From the IMG/VR virus record IMGVR_UViG_3300034524_000011, positions 1-64,000 of that record: a DNA stretch of 64,000 nucleotides. One strand, given 5' to 3'. This document shows positions 1-10,059 of this stretch, piece by piece. Origin of the DNA: a virus. A model generated the notes under the pieces. That model worked only from the letters and a program-made list of their open reading frames with translations, was not told the origin of the DNA and did no database searches. Numbering within the stretch: the first letter of the stretch is position 1; each line of letters opens with the position of its first letter. The position numbers and the translations under genes were made by a program.

Positions 1-505
1 ATACCGGGACATGAACTCATCGGATAAACCAATCCGGAAACGCAGCCTTCAAAGGCTGGCCAAGGAGCTGGGACTTTCACTGGACCACCTAAAGAAGTTA
101 AGCGCCAAGAATGACTGGGTAAGCAGAGCCGCAGCATATGACGAATACCTGGATGAGCTGGCCAGAGAGCAAAACGAGGCTGAAATCATCAAGATGCGTA
201 AGAACCATGCGCTGCTGGCCTCTCAAATGATCACCAAGGCGGCCAAGAGGCTGCTAACAATGCCGGAAGAGGAGATAACCGCAGCCGACCTCGTGCGCCT
301 GGTCGATGTCGGAGTTAAAATCGAAAGATTAAGCCGCGGCGAATCCACCGAAAATAGACAGATAAGCGGAGAGGCAAAGGTCATTCACCAGGGAGAAGTA
401 ACGGTTAAAAATCCGATGAGCCTGGACCTTTCCCGATTATCTGACGAGGAGCTGTCGAACCTTGAACAGCTACTGGAAAAACTACATCCAGAGCCAGATG
501 TTTGA
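1..505 (+). CDS. terS: Terminase small subunit (5' end outside the window)
   Basis: HTH-like N-terminus (RSLQRLAKELG...WVSRAAAYD), directly upstream of terL; full-length copy at 56364-56948. Confidence 0.8.
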   Translation, partial: YRDMNSSDKPIRKRSLQRLAKELGLSLDHLKKLSAKNDWVSRAAAYDEYLDELAREQNEAEIIKMRKNHALLASQMITKAAKRLLTMPEEEITAADLVRLVDVGVKIERLSRGESTENRQISGEAKVIHQGEVTVKNPMSLDLSRLSDEELSNLEQLLEKLHPEPDV

Positions 506-1955
506 TGTTAACGCTCTGCGGGAAGCGATCCTGAAGGAGAAAGCGGAGCGCAACCTTTCAGAGTTCATCAAACAAGCGTGGCAAGTAATCGAACCAGGCA
601 CGCCGTATGTAGAGAACTGGCACATTGATTTAATAAGCGAGTATCTCCAAGCGGTGGATAACTGCGAGATATTGAGGCTTATAATCAATATCCCGCCCCG
701 GCACATGAAGTCCATACAAACAACAGTGTGCTACCCAGCCTGGTCATGGATCAAGAAACCGGAAAAGCGTTTTATAAAAGTTTCATACAGTGACAGCTTA
801 TCCAGGAAGCATAACGTACTCTGCAGAGATATTATTAGAAGCCCATGGTACCAGAAAAACTGGGGAGACCGGTTCAAGATCAAGGACGACGTCGACAGGC
901 AGGATGAGTTCAAAAATAATCACCACGGAATGATGTTCTCCACGAGCGTAGGCGGCCGATTAACCGGTGAAGGCGGAGACGTAATCATCGTGGACGACCC
1001 GCAAAATCCTCTCATGGCCAACAGCGCCACAGAGAGAGAAGCATCGATAGCATTCTTTAAGAACACGCTGCAGACCCGTCTCAATGATCCGAAAAAAGGC
1101 GCAATAATCGTAATCATGCAGAGACTGCATGAGAACGACCTGACAGGCTACATTCTTTCAGAGCAGCTGGGATATGAACATGTATGTCTGCCGGCAGAAG
1201 CTCCAGAAAGGACAATTATTCATTTTCCGATAAGTGGCCGTGAGATTATCCGGGAGAAAGGAGATCTTCTTAATCCACAGCGCTTTGACAAAGAAACCCT
1301 GGAAGGCCTCAAGAAATCCATGGGAAGCGCTCAATATGCCGGACAGTTCCAGCAGACACCGGCGCCGGCTGAAGGTTTAATATTCAAGAGAGAATGGCTG
1401 GGGAATTTCTTCAAGGCAGCACCTCACCAAAGCATGCTTATTCAATCCTGGGATATGCCGTTCACTAAAAGCGAAGGCAGCGCCAAATGTGCAGGCATTG
1501 TCATGGGAAGGAATGGCTCCAACATTTACATCCATGACCTGGTGAACGACAAAATGAGCTTCACAGAGAGCGTGGCTGCAGTTCGCACACTTACAGGCAA
1601 GTGGCCAAAAGCCAGAGCGAAGGTTATAGAAAACAAAGCAAATGGCCCGGCCATCGTTGACCTTCTGAAAAAAGAGATCCCAGGCATGGTGGAGTTTAAC
1701 CCGAAGGGCAGTAAGGAAGAGCGTGCAATCAGTGTAACACCTTACTTTGAAGCGGGAAATATCTGGTTCCCAGATCCAGAAACGCACCCATGGGTACACG
1801 ACTTAATCAATGACCTTTTGATATTTCCAAAAGGGCAATACAAGGATACAGTAGACGCCCTGGTACAAGGTATTTTATATCTCATGGATAAACCGTCCAT
1901 GACAGGTCCGCCAAAGGATACTACCCTCACAAAGAGCAGCTACTGGCGACGATAA
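498..1955 (+). CDS. terL: Terminase large subunit
   Basis: Walker A-like INIPPRHMKS, Walker B IIVDDP, nuclease motifs QSWD and DTVDA; likely ATG at 498 (ORF track starts at 462). Confidence 0.95.
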   Translation: MFDVNALREAILKEKAERNLSEFIKQAWQVIEPGTPYVENWHIDLISEYLQAVDNCEILRLIINIPPRHMKSIQTTVCYPAWSWIKKPEKRFIKVSYSDSLSRKHNVLCRDIIRSPWYQKNWGDRFKIKDDVDRQDEFKNNHHGMMFSTSVGGRLTGEGGDVIIVDDPQNPLMANSATEREASIAFFKNTLQTRLNDPKKGAIIVIMQRLHENDLTGYILSEQLGYEHVCLPAEAPERTIIHFPISGREIIREKGDLLNPQRFDKETLEGLKKSMGSAQYAGQFQQTPAPAEGLIFKREWLGNFFKAAPHQSMLIQSWDMPFTKSEGSAKCAGIVMGRNGSNIYIHDLVNDKMSFTESVAAVRTLTGKWPKARAKVIENKANGPAIVDLLKKEIPGMVEFNPKGSKEERAISVTPYFEAGNIWFPDPETHPWVHDLINDLLIFPKGQYKDTVDALVQGILYLMDKPSMTGPPKDTTLTKSSYWRR

Positions 1956-1959
1956 AGAA

Positions 1960-2280
1960 AAGCACCGTGCAAGCACAGTGCAAGTATAGTGCTTTTATTA
2001 TACCAATATCAGCCCAGCACAGGGAGAGCACTACAAAAAGAGAGATAATCTAAAAAACGGTTTTTGTTATTAAAAATGTCATAAAAACGATGAGGTTTAG
2101 GAAGCGTTTATAGCGCTTCTTTTTATTTATTCCAATTACTCCAAACCCAGCAATAATGCGGTTTTGCAAAAAGCATAGTGCAAGCACCATACAAGCACAG
2201 TAAAAGCACAGAACGAGCCCTGCTGGTACCCTATTACCTTTAACCTATTACCTTTTACCTTTTACCTATCACTGTATAGT
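1960..2280. repeat. Iteron-like 11-bp arrays (AAGCACNGTGC-like) plus 7-bp repeats (CTATTAC/CTTTTAC)
   Basis: 3 units at 1960-1992, 4 units at 2171-2214, then ~7 heptamers at ~2224-2275; conserved in copy B. Confidence 0.8.
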
Positions 2281-2337
2281 GCGACAGGTAGGACGGGAAA
2301 GGAGGGATAAATAAATCAAAGAGAGGAGAGATCCATC

Positions 2338-2571
2338 ATGGACACCAAAGGCTATCAATTAAGGGCCCGTTTCCTTCAGGAAGCTGAAGAGAAAGGACCA
2401 ACAGCACAAATGCTGATAGTAGCTGTCAAGCTGCCAACCGGAGCCGTCGAGCTTATCACAAACACGGCCCTGCTGCACACAAAGATAGACTACTACAAAA
2501 ACGCATATGATGAGGAATTCAGGCTAAAAGGGAACTCCAACGTGCAGATAGTAGGCTTCATGTTTGTGTAG
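2338..2571 (+). CDS. Hypothetical phage protein (77 aa) between terL and portal
   Basis: GAGGAG RBS; identical protein in copy B. Confidence 0.8.
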   Translation: MDTKGYQLRARFLQEAEEKGPTAQMLIVAVKLPTGAVELITNTALLHTKIDYYKNAYDEEFRLKGNSNVQIVGFMFV

Positions 2572-2605
2572 CCAGGACAAGGCGGAAAGGGAGGTGAGAA
2601 AGTAA

Positions 2606-4006
2606 ATGGCTAACAATAATTTCAGGGAAATCGGCCGCATCGGACAAAAAAGATATGGTGGCTTTTTCTATGAGGAATTCCTGAAAGATCTCCAGGGAAG
2701 GAAAGGCGTCGAGGTTTACAAGGAGATGAGTGAGAACGACGATGTAATCGGCGCAATCCTTTATGCGATCGAGATGTTAATCAGGCAAGTATCCTGGATG
2801 GTTCAACCGGGAGGACCCACAGCAAAGGATGAGGAAGCTGCAGAGTTCATCTACCAATGTATGGACGATATGCAGGATACCTGGACCGATACCATATCGG
2901 AAATCCTTTCATTCCTGACATATGGATGGAGCGCTCACGAAATCGTGTACAAGAGGCGCGCCGGCAAGAGCAAGGATCCAAGACTTAACAGCAAATACAG
3001 CGATGGCCTCATAGGATGGCGCAAGCTCCCGATAAGAGCCCAGGAGACCCTCTGGGAATGGGTATATGACGACGAGGACAATCTTCTCGGAATGATCCAG
3101 ATGCCGCCGCCAAAGTATGAGCTCATCACGATACCAATTGAAAGGCTTCTAATCTTCAGGACCAAGAGCAGGAAAGGTAGCCCGGAAGGAAAGAGCATCC
3201 TCCGTAATGCATACCGCAGTTGGTACTTCAAGCGCAGGATCCAGGAGATAGAGGGAATAGGTATCGAAAGAGACCTGGCCGGTTTTCCGACATTGACAGC
3301 TCCGGAGGGAATGAACATCTGGGATGAAGACGACCCAGAAATGGTAGCTGTCAGGATGGCCGCAGACCGAATTGTCCAAAACATAAGACGGGACAGTCTG
3401 GAAGGTTTGACATTACCGGCCGGCTGGAAGCTGGAGCTCTTAAGCACAGGAGGGCGCCGACAGTTTGACACCAATGCAATTATTGAGAGATACGACACCA
3501 GGATAGCAATGACCGTCCTGGCCGATTTTGTTTTATTAGGTCACCAGAAGGTGGGAAGTTTCGCACTGTCCAGTGATAAGACAGAACTCTTTGCAATGGC
3601 CGTCGGAGCATACCTTGACATCATCTGCGAAACTTTCAACAACAAGGCAATCCCAGCGCTGATTGATTTAAACGCTCAACACTTCGCCGGCATCACCGAT
3701 TATCCTACGCTGCAGCATGGCGACATTGAGAGCGCAGACATTCAGGCTCTGGCCTCTTATATCAAGGATATGACAGGCGTCGGCATACTGGTACCGGACG
3801 ACCACCTCGAAGATTATGTGAGAGAAGTGGCCGGCCTGCCAGAAAGGCTGGATGAAGGGACCAATCCAAGGAAGCCAAGGCCAACAAGAGAGCGCAATCC
3901 TGACGTTCAGCCAGGCAAGGAGGCAGACATTGACGATCTGGGATATTTAGAGGACGATGAGGAAGCTGTAAAGAAGGCCATGGAGAGATTGGGGAGGTAT
4001 GATTGA
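2606..4006 (+). CDS. Portal protein (Mu gp29/DUF935-like)
   Basis: Position after terL; motifs LTYGWSAHEIVYK, GKSILRNAYRSWYFK, EGIGIERDLAG. Confidence 0.9.
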   Translation: MANNNFREIGRIGQKRYGGFFYEEFLKDLQGRKGVEVYKEMSENDDVIGAILYAIEMLIRQVSWMVQPGGPTAKDEEAAEFIYQCMDDMQDTWTDTISEILSFLTYGWSAHEIVYKRRAGKSKDPRLNSKYSDGLIGWRKLPIRAQETLWEWVYDDEDNLLGMIQMPPPKYELITIPIERLLIFRTKSRKGSPEGKSILRNAYRSWYFKRRIQEIEGIGIERDLAGFPTLTAPEGMNIWDEDDPEMVAVRMAADRIVQNIRRDSLEGLTLPAGWKLELLSTGGRRQFDTNAIIERYDTRIAMTVLADFVLLGHQKVGSFALSSDKTELFAMAVGAYLDIICETFNNKAIPALIDLNAQHFAGITDYPTLQHGDIESADIQALASYIKDMTGVGILVPDDHLEDYVREVAGLPERLDEGTNPRKPRPTRERNPDVQPGKEADIDDLGYLEDDEEAVKKAMERLGRYD

Positions 4007-7000
4007 TGTTCAGGATCCGGAAGTCAATTCACCTTCATCCGATATACAAGGCAAAGAAGAAAAGTAAAGCAGCGCAAGAGGTCCTCGATAAGTTAAATAC
4101 ATTCCTGGATGCAACGGAGCCCGAACCGGTGTTTTTCCTCACCAGGCTATGGAAGGACCAGCAGCAGGCCATAACATATAAGGAATTAAGAGAGGCAATT
4201 CTCAACGGTTACATCGACGAAAAGACCATCCAGGCCTGGCAGAACGACTACGCAAACTTTGTAAACGAGCACTTAAAACCTCTATGGATTGAGGCGATGC
4301 AGGCAGCTAACGCAGATTTGATGGCAGCACATCCTGAGTATTTCTTCGACCCAATGAGCCAGGGTGTCCTTAAGTGGACCAATGAACATGGGGCTCAATG
4401 GGTAACTGTAATAACGGAAGAACAGAAGGAAGCAATATCGGCCATGCTGGAGCATGCATACAGCGGAGCATTTTCTGTTGACGAGCTGGCCAGAGCAATC
4501 CGACCAACAATAGGACTAACCAAGGTTCAAGCCAAGGCCAACCTGAACTATTATCAGCATGTGAAAAACACACTCCTGGAGAACAACCCAGGAATGAAGG
4601 AATCCACGGCCCAGAAAAAGGCTCAAGAAGCAGCGGCAAAATATGCAGCCAAGCAGCATAGGCAAAGAGCTTTCACTATTGCCACAACCGAAATGGCATT
4701 CGCTTATAACAAGGGAGCTGATGAGGGAATAAAGCAGGCCCAGGAGCAGAACCTTATAGGCAAAGTGGTGAAAGTTTGGAGCACAGCCGCAGATGAAGGT
4801 GTATGCTCTATATGTGGAGCATTGGACGGCGTCGAAGTAGAAATGGGCGCTGATTTTGATTTCAAAGGCAATGAATTATACAGCGGTCAGAAGGAAACCC
4901 CGCCGGCGCACCCACGCTGCAGATGTGCATTGCTTTATGTCGAAAAAGAACCTCCGAAATACCAGGCGGTACCTGATCAGGAAGTGATCCAGAACTGGAA
5001 CCCGGAAGATCAAATACCAACACCTGAACATCCGGAATCAGCAAAGCCAATAATACCGCCGGCAGAGAAAATGCCACCAGGCATGAAATACAAAGGCAAG
5101 GCAAATCTCGGAGGAACCGGGGAAATGCATTTATACATCGATGATACCGGCCAGGAATGGCTATTCAAGCCAGCACAAAGCAAAGCTGGAAAACCAGAAG
5201 CCTTCAGAGCGTATGTCCAGGAGGCCGGATATAAGGTCCAGGCGATAATAGATCCAGACACAGCGGTACCCGTAGGAACCGGGGAACTGGGCGGCAAGTT
5301 TGGAGCCTACCAGAAGAGAATAACAACCATAAGCGACAAAATAGACCTGAAGCATTGGCAATACACCAGCGAACAGCTACCACCAGGAATGGCAGCGCAG
5401 CTACAAAGAGAGCATGTAACTGATTGGCTATTGGCCAACTTTGACAGCCATGGTGGTAACTTCGTAATGGACGAGGCAGGACGGCTCATAGGAACAGACA
5501 AAGAACAGGCTTTCAGGTACATCAAGCAGATAGGCGCCCAGCAGATGAGCTACACATACCACCCCAATGCAACCTATGGAGAGACAGAGCCGATTTATAA
5601 TACTTTATTCCGAAGGTTCGCAAAAGGAGAAATAGATCTGGATCTGCAGGATACATTGACTTACATCAAGAGAGTGGAGGCAATCCCAGATAACCAGTAC
5701 CGGGAAATATTCAGAGACTATGCCGAAGCTCTATATGGGAAAGGCAAAGAAGCAGAGGAGCTGCTGGACCTGATCGTCGAGAGAAAAAACCGGTTAAGAG
5801 AAGACTACCGTCAATTTTTCAGCGACCTTCTCACAGAGCGAACCGGTAAAAAACAAGTGTTCGTCTGGGCAGACGAGGCTGCAGAGCATATGAAACAGCC
5901 ACTAACGGCAGTAACACACAGCCCGGAAACCCTGCAAAAGATGAACATGGCAGAGCTTAAGCAACTGGCCAAACAAAAGCAGATCCCATACTACAACAAT
6001 ATGAATAAGACCCAGCTGGTAACAGCAATATCGGACCCGGTAAAAGCACCAGAAATGAGCGCCCAGGTAAGAAATAGGCTGCTGGCCAACGAGGCAGCCA
6101 GGAAAGCTGCAGCAAGAACACCAGCAGCGCAGAAGGCCAAAGAAATCGTATCTGCAGATGAAATATTCAAAGACGCCTCAATCATTCCAGAGAAAAAGCT
6201 GGGAGTTCCGGTCAGAAGCGATAAGGGCAGCGTTGAAGGTCTCAATTTAACGGCCAGGAGAATGCGGTTATTAGACGACGCAAGCGGTACGGAATATGAG
6301 GTCTATGAAATAACCGGCAAGCTGACCAGGGAAACATGGTCCAAGACATGGGACAAGATGAAACCCATAGGAGAGATAGGAGAGCTTGAATTTGAGCTCG
6401 CAGACGATGCCAAAAAGCTCTTTGCTTCCAAAGCGGACCTTGGAGCTTCCATCAGAAGCATTAAGGTAATAGATGGAGAAACAACATTCGAGCTTTACAT
6501 TGATGGCCAGACCAGGAGATACAATGGCTGGCGCGGCTTCTTTAGATTGAGAACACCGGTAACCTCAAATGGAGCCGCAGACGCTGCGAACATGAGAAAT
6601 ATGCTGCAAAAACTGGAGCTTGATGATCTTTTATTGAACCCGGATAGCGAAGCTGAAAGAGTGTTCAAAATGAGCCGACTTGTATGGCAACACGCTCCCC
6701 ATCGTATCCAGGAATTAGATGGTTTGACGCCAGAGCAGATACCGATTAAACTGGATATGATAATGAGGCAAGAAGGAATAGACCCGAAACGTATAAATAA
6801 CATGAAGCTGGTTAAAGTCTTTGATGGATATTCAACATACGTCGAAGAGGGAATTGTCGAAACATACAAGAAGGCAGGCCTAAAATATGTCTGGACTGGA
6901 GTTCCGGATGCAGACGATATCGTAAAGATCATTCAGAGCCCAGGCCTGATGTCAAACAACAACCGTTTCAGAGCAGGATTGAGGCGCACAGGAGCAAGCC

Positions 7001-7425
7001 CGGTAGAGGATTTCAGGACCGGCGGCAGCGATAACGTATTCACCAGGATAGGCGTCAAAAGCAAAAGTAACCCAAGATTTGACGACTGCTACCGTGGGAA
7101 CCGATATCGCATTCTTATTGATCCAAGAGTCATGGAAAGAACAGACTGGTACGCATACGATGGAGACTCCTTCGGGAGCTCGGATCCGTCGGCCATGGCC
7201 GGCAGAGTCTCACCGGTGGAATTCATCAAGCGAATGGCCACAAGCTACCGGTACGGCAATGAAATTATGTTCAGGCACGGCATAGCGAAGGAGACATTCA
7301 TCGGAATATCGTGTCAGAGCAATGCCCTGCGAGCAGAACTCCTGGAGAAGTTCAAACAGGCGCACATTACTAAGATAAACGGGATACCGATAGAAGATTT
7401 TGTAAAGGTGGGATCTACGATATGA
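4003..7425 (+). CDS. MuF/SPP1 gp7-like minor head protein with kinase-like, Rho-N-like and possible ART-like C-terminal domains (candidate polymorphic toxin)
   Basis: MuF signature IATTEMAFAYN...KVWSTAAD..CSIC...PPAHPRCRC; kinase-like GGTG..LFKP, DWLLANFDSHGGN, IGTDKE; ELKQLAKQKQIPYYNNMNKTQLV. Confidence 0.8.
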   Translation: MMFRIRKSIHLHPIYKAKKKSKAAQEVLDKLNTFLDATEPEPVFFLTRLWKDQQQAITYKELREAILNGYIDEKTIQAWQNDYANFVNEHLKPLWIEAMQAANADLMAAHPEYFFDPMSQGVLKWTNEHGAQWVTVITEEQKEAISAMLEHAYSGAFSVDELARAIRPTIGLTKVQAKANLNYYQHVKNTLLENNPGMKESTAQKKAQEAAAKYAAKQHRQRAFTIATTEMAFAYNKGADEGIKQAQEQNLIGKVVKVWSTAADEGVCSICGALDGVEVEMGADFDFKGNELYSGQKETPPAHPRCRCALLYVEKEPPKYQAVPDQEVIQNWNPEDQIPTPEHPESAKPIIPPAEKMPPGMKYKGKANLGGTGEMHLYIDDTGQEWLFKPAQSKAGKPEAFRAYVQEAGYKVQAIIDPDTAVPVGTGELGGKFGAYQKRITTISDKIDLKHWQYTSEQLPPGMAAQLQREHVTDWLLANFDSHGGNFVMDEAGRLIGTDKEQAFRYIKQIGAQQMSYTYHPNATYGETEPIYNTLFRRFAKGEIDLDLQDTLTYIKRVEAIPDNQYREIFRDYAEALYGKGKEAEELLDLIVERKNRLREDYRQFFSDLLTERTGKKQVFVWADEAAEHMKQPLTAVTHSPETLQKMNMAELKQLAKQKQIPYYNNMNKTQLVTAISDPVKAPEMSAQVRNRLLANEAARKAAARTPAAQKAKEIVSADEIFKDASIIPEKKLGVPVRSDKGSVEGLNLTARRMRLLDDASGTEYEVYEITGKLTRETWSKTWDKMKPIGEIGELEFELADDAKKLFASKADLGASIRSIKVIDGETTFELYIDGQTRRYNGWRGFFRLRTPVTSNGAADAANMRNMLQKLELDDLLLNPDSEAERVFKMSRLVWQHAPHRIQELDGLTPEQIPIKLDMIMRQEGIDPKRINNMKLVKVFDGYSTYVEEGIVETYKKAGLKYVWTGVPDADDIVKIIQSPGLMSNNNRFRAGLRRTGASPVEDFRTGGSDNVFTRIGVKSKSNPRFDDCYRGNRYRILIDPRVMERTDWYAYDGDSFGSSDPSAMAGRVSPVEFIKRMATSYRYGNEIMFRHGIAKETFIGISCQSNALRAELLEKFKQAHITKINGIPIEDFVKVGSTI

Positions 7426-7757
7426 TAGACCAAAGAGCTGTATACGTCTTCAAGCCACCGGGAGAAAAAGATTTCACCGGGATAGCGCTGGATGTTCACA
7501 TTCACAAAGAGACCCTCCGGTTCTTTGACACCAACAGAGGACACGAACTGCCAGGCAAGGTAACCCAGGAGACTGACAACGGATTTATATTCACATCAAC
7601 AGGAATCATTCAAGGGGAATGGCAGTTCAAAGTGCTGGGAATTGGAGAGTTTAAACGGAAATATTTCAAACTGGTCGAAGGCGGCCAAACGCTGGCGGCC
7701 AAGTTACAAACAACAGAGGACCTCCACCAATGGTATCGGAGGGAGTTCAAGATTTAA
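7422..7757 (+). CDS. Small protein coupled to MuF; candidate immunity protein
   Basis: ATGA overlap with the MuF stop; followed by a terminator; role inferred from position only. Confidence 0.5.
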   Translation: MIDQRAVYVFKPPGEKDFTGIALDVHIHKETLRFFDTNRGHELPGKVTQETDNGFIFTSTGIIQGEWQFKVLGIGEFKRKYFKLVEGGQTLAAKLQTTEDLHQWYRREFKI

Positions 7758-7789
7758 GGCGAGGGAAATAGACCTCGTCTTTTTGCTTT
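7756..7789 (+). terminator. Rho-independent terminator
   Basis: AAGGCGAGG-loop-CCTCGTCTT followed by a T run. Confidence 0.6.
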
Positions 7790-7807
7790 GAAAGGAGGTT
7801 GATATCA

Positions 7808-8281
7808 ATGCCTAAATTCAGCGACCTGGTGAACATCAAGAAGGACCAGCCGAAACCGGCAAAAAAAACTTCAGGCGTGATAAAAGGTCGCTTCAAGATC
7901 CAGAAATCAGACGATGACAAAATGCTGGCCTTTGGATGGGCCAACGTAGCAGTCACTGCCAGCGGCCAACAGATAGAAGACTATCACGAGGACATGATAG
8001 ATCCGGAAGAGCTGGAGCAGGCCGCATACACATTCGTGGAGCTTTATCGTGAAGGTGGAGAGCAACACGAGCGCGGAGGAGTGGCTGTACTCATTGAAAG
8101 CATGGTATTCACCAAGGAGAAGATGAGGCTCCTGAACATTCCAGAAGGTACGCTGCCTGAAGGCTGGTGGATAGGCTTCAAGGTATTAGATCCGGATGTA
8201 TGGGAGAAGGTCAAGGATGGAACGTACCCGATGTTCAGCATTGAAGGAGAGGCCATCAGAGAGGAAGTTACCGAAGAATAA
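7808..8281 (+). CDS. XkdF-like putative prohead serine protease
   Basis: DYHEDMIDPEELEQAAY, PEGWWIGFKV, WEKVKDG..MFSIEG motifs. Confidence 0.85.
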   Translation: MPKFSDLVNIKKDQPKPAKKTSGVIKGRFKIQKSDDDKMLAFGWANVAVTASGQQIEDYHEDMIDPEELEQAAYTFVELYREGGEQHERGGVAVLIESMVFTKEKMRLLNIPEGTLPEGWWIGFKVLDPDVWEKVKDGTYPMFSIEGEAIREEVTEE

Positions 8282-8367
8282 TAGCATATCGGTAAATCAA
8301 GAAACGGCGAGAAATCGTCGTTTTTTGTTTTATATAAATCAGCCGGGAAAGGAGGAGAGACACGAAA

Positions 8368-9627
8368 ATGGCATTTAAACTGAAGGACCTTAAAATCACC
8401 AAGGTGGATTTTGTGGAGGCCGGAGCAAACCCAGAGGCAAATATCCTGTTTTTTAAGAGCAAAGACGGCACTCCTGGAGCAAAATCTTCCGAACCCATTG
8501 CAGCGAAAGGAGGTGAAAAAAGCGAGAACCCCGTCAAAAAGTTTTTCTCTGCCATAGCAAAAGCTCTGGGAATAGCCGAAGACGAACACGTAGGTGAGGC
8601 AATCGAAGAAATAGCCAAAGGATACGAGGCAGCTACATTCGGAGAGAAGATGGATGAGCAGAAGCGCAGGAGAGTAACCAGTGAAATCTGGGACGTTTGC
8701 TACGCCCTGGAGGAAAGCCTGTGCTCTATCATCTGCGACGACGATGTGCCGGAAGATGAAAAACCGGCCATGATGGAACAGAGCCTGAATGAGTTCGCAG
8801 AGGCCGTGAAAGAGCTTATTCCAACCTGGGCCCAGGGAAAGACCACAAATAAGATCGCAAAGAATGATCAGCCTATCACACCCGCAAGGCTTGAATTAGC
8901 CAAGGCTGCGAAGGAAAAGCTGGAAGCAATCATAGCCAAAGCGGAAAAGGATCCGGAAACAGATCCTGAAGACACGTCCGTTCAGGACGGATGTAAAAAA
9001 CCAAAACAAAAAAAATCGAAAGGAGACGTAGAGGACATGAAAATCGATAAGAGCAAACTGACACCTGAAGAGCTCGCAATGCTTGAGGCTATCGAAAAGA
9101 AGGCCGGCATTCCTGACGAGCCCGCAAATGACCCTAATCCCGCCGCACCTGCAACTGAAGTAAACAAGAGCGCAGGCCAGGCAGGGGACAATCAGAACAC
9201 CGGAGAAGAGGAAGACATCTACAAGGGACTTCATCCTGCAGTGAAGGCAGAGCTTGAAAGACTTCGTAAGGCAGCAGACCAGGCAGAGGAAAAAGAACTG
9301 ACCGAGATCGCAAAGAAGTATGAGATCATCGGCAAAAAGCCCGAGGAGCTGGTACCTCTCTTTAAGAGCTTAAAGAAAGCCGGCGGCAATGCATATGAGC
9401 AAATGATCGCCATACTCGACGCCAGCGTGGAAGCTGTGGAGAAGTCCGGGATATTCTCCGAAATCGGCAAAAAAGGCAACGATGGTACCATCGATGCATG
9501 GGCGGCCATTGAAAAGCACGCCGACGAGATCATGAAATCCATGCCTAATTTAACGAGAGCTCAAGCTATCGACAAGGCATGCCAGCTTCACCCCGAACTC
9601 GTACATGAGTACGAGAAAAACAGATAA
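8368..9627 (+). CDS. Capsid scaffolding-like protein
   Basis: Acidic, helical; N-terminus LKDLKITKVDFVEAGAN; lies between protease and capsid genes. Confidence 0.65.
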   Translation: MAFKLKDLKITKVDFVEAGANPEANILFFKSKDGTPGAKSSEPIAAKGGEKSENPVKKFFSAIAKALGIAEDEHVGEAIEEIAKGYEAATFGEKMDEQKRRRVTSEIWDVCYALEESLCSIICDDDVPEDEKPAMMEQSLNEFAEAVKELIPTWAQGKTTNKIAKNDQPITPARLELAKAAKEKLEAIIAKAEKDPETDPEDTSVQDGCKKPKQKKSKGDVEDMKIDKSKLTPEELAMLEAIEKKAGIPDEPANDPNPAAPATEVNKSAGQAGDNQNTGEEEDIYKGLHPAVKAELERLRKAADQAEEKELTEIAKKYEIIGKKPEELVPLFKSLKKAGGNAYEQMIAILDASVEAVEKSGIFSEIGKKGNDGTIDAWAAIEKHADEIMKSMPNLTRAQAIDKACQLHPELVHEYEKNR

Positions 9628-9633
9628 GGAGGA

Positions 9634-10029
9634 ATGAACATGTATATCAGCACAGGAATCAATGATAGCCCGGTAATCACCGGAGTAGCAGCGCTGCAAA
9701 TGGTAAATGCAGCTTTTCACGCTGCGAAATTTGACGTCAACGGAAACATTGCCCCTGCAGGAGCGGGCGAAAATGCACTCGGCCTGTTCATTGCAACAAC
9801 GCCGGAAACCGTAAATGCTGGTGAAGAAGTGACCGTTCAGATCAAGGACATCGGCCTCTGGGTAACTGGAGACGCTGTAGCAGCCGGTGATGAGCTCACT
9901 TCTAATGAAAACGGAGCAGCCGTACCAGCTGGGCAGGGGGATTATGTCACTGCGATTGCACTTGAAGCTGCACCAGCTGCAGGCCAGGTAATCAAAGTGC
10001 AAATCGTTAAGTCAGGCATTAGGCCTTAA
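9634..10029 (+). CDS. Capsid decoration/cement protein
   Basis: Small Ala/Gly-rich beta protein directly upstream of the major capsid gene. Confidence 0.65.
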   Translation: MNMYISTGINDSPVITGVAALQMVNAAFHAAKFDVNGNIAPAGAGENALGLFIATTPETVNAGEEVTVQIKDIGLWVTGDAVAAGDELTSNENGAAVPAGQGDYVTAIALEAAPAAGQVIKVQIVKSGIRP

Positions 10030-10059
10030 GACAACTAAAAAGAAAGGAGATAACAGACT

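Noticed and set aside
1960-2280. Repeats as a mini CRISPR array
   Set aside because: Units are 11 and 7 bp, contiguous and degenerate, with no spacers; no cas genes
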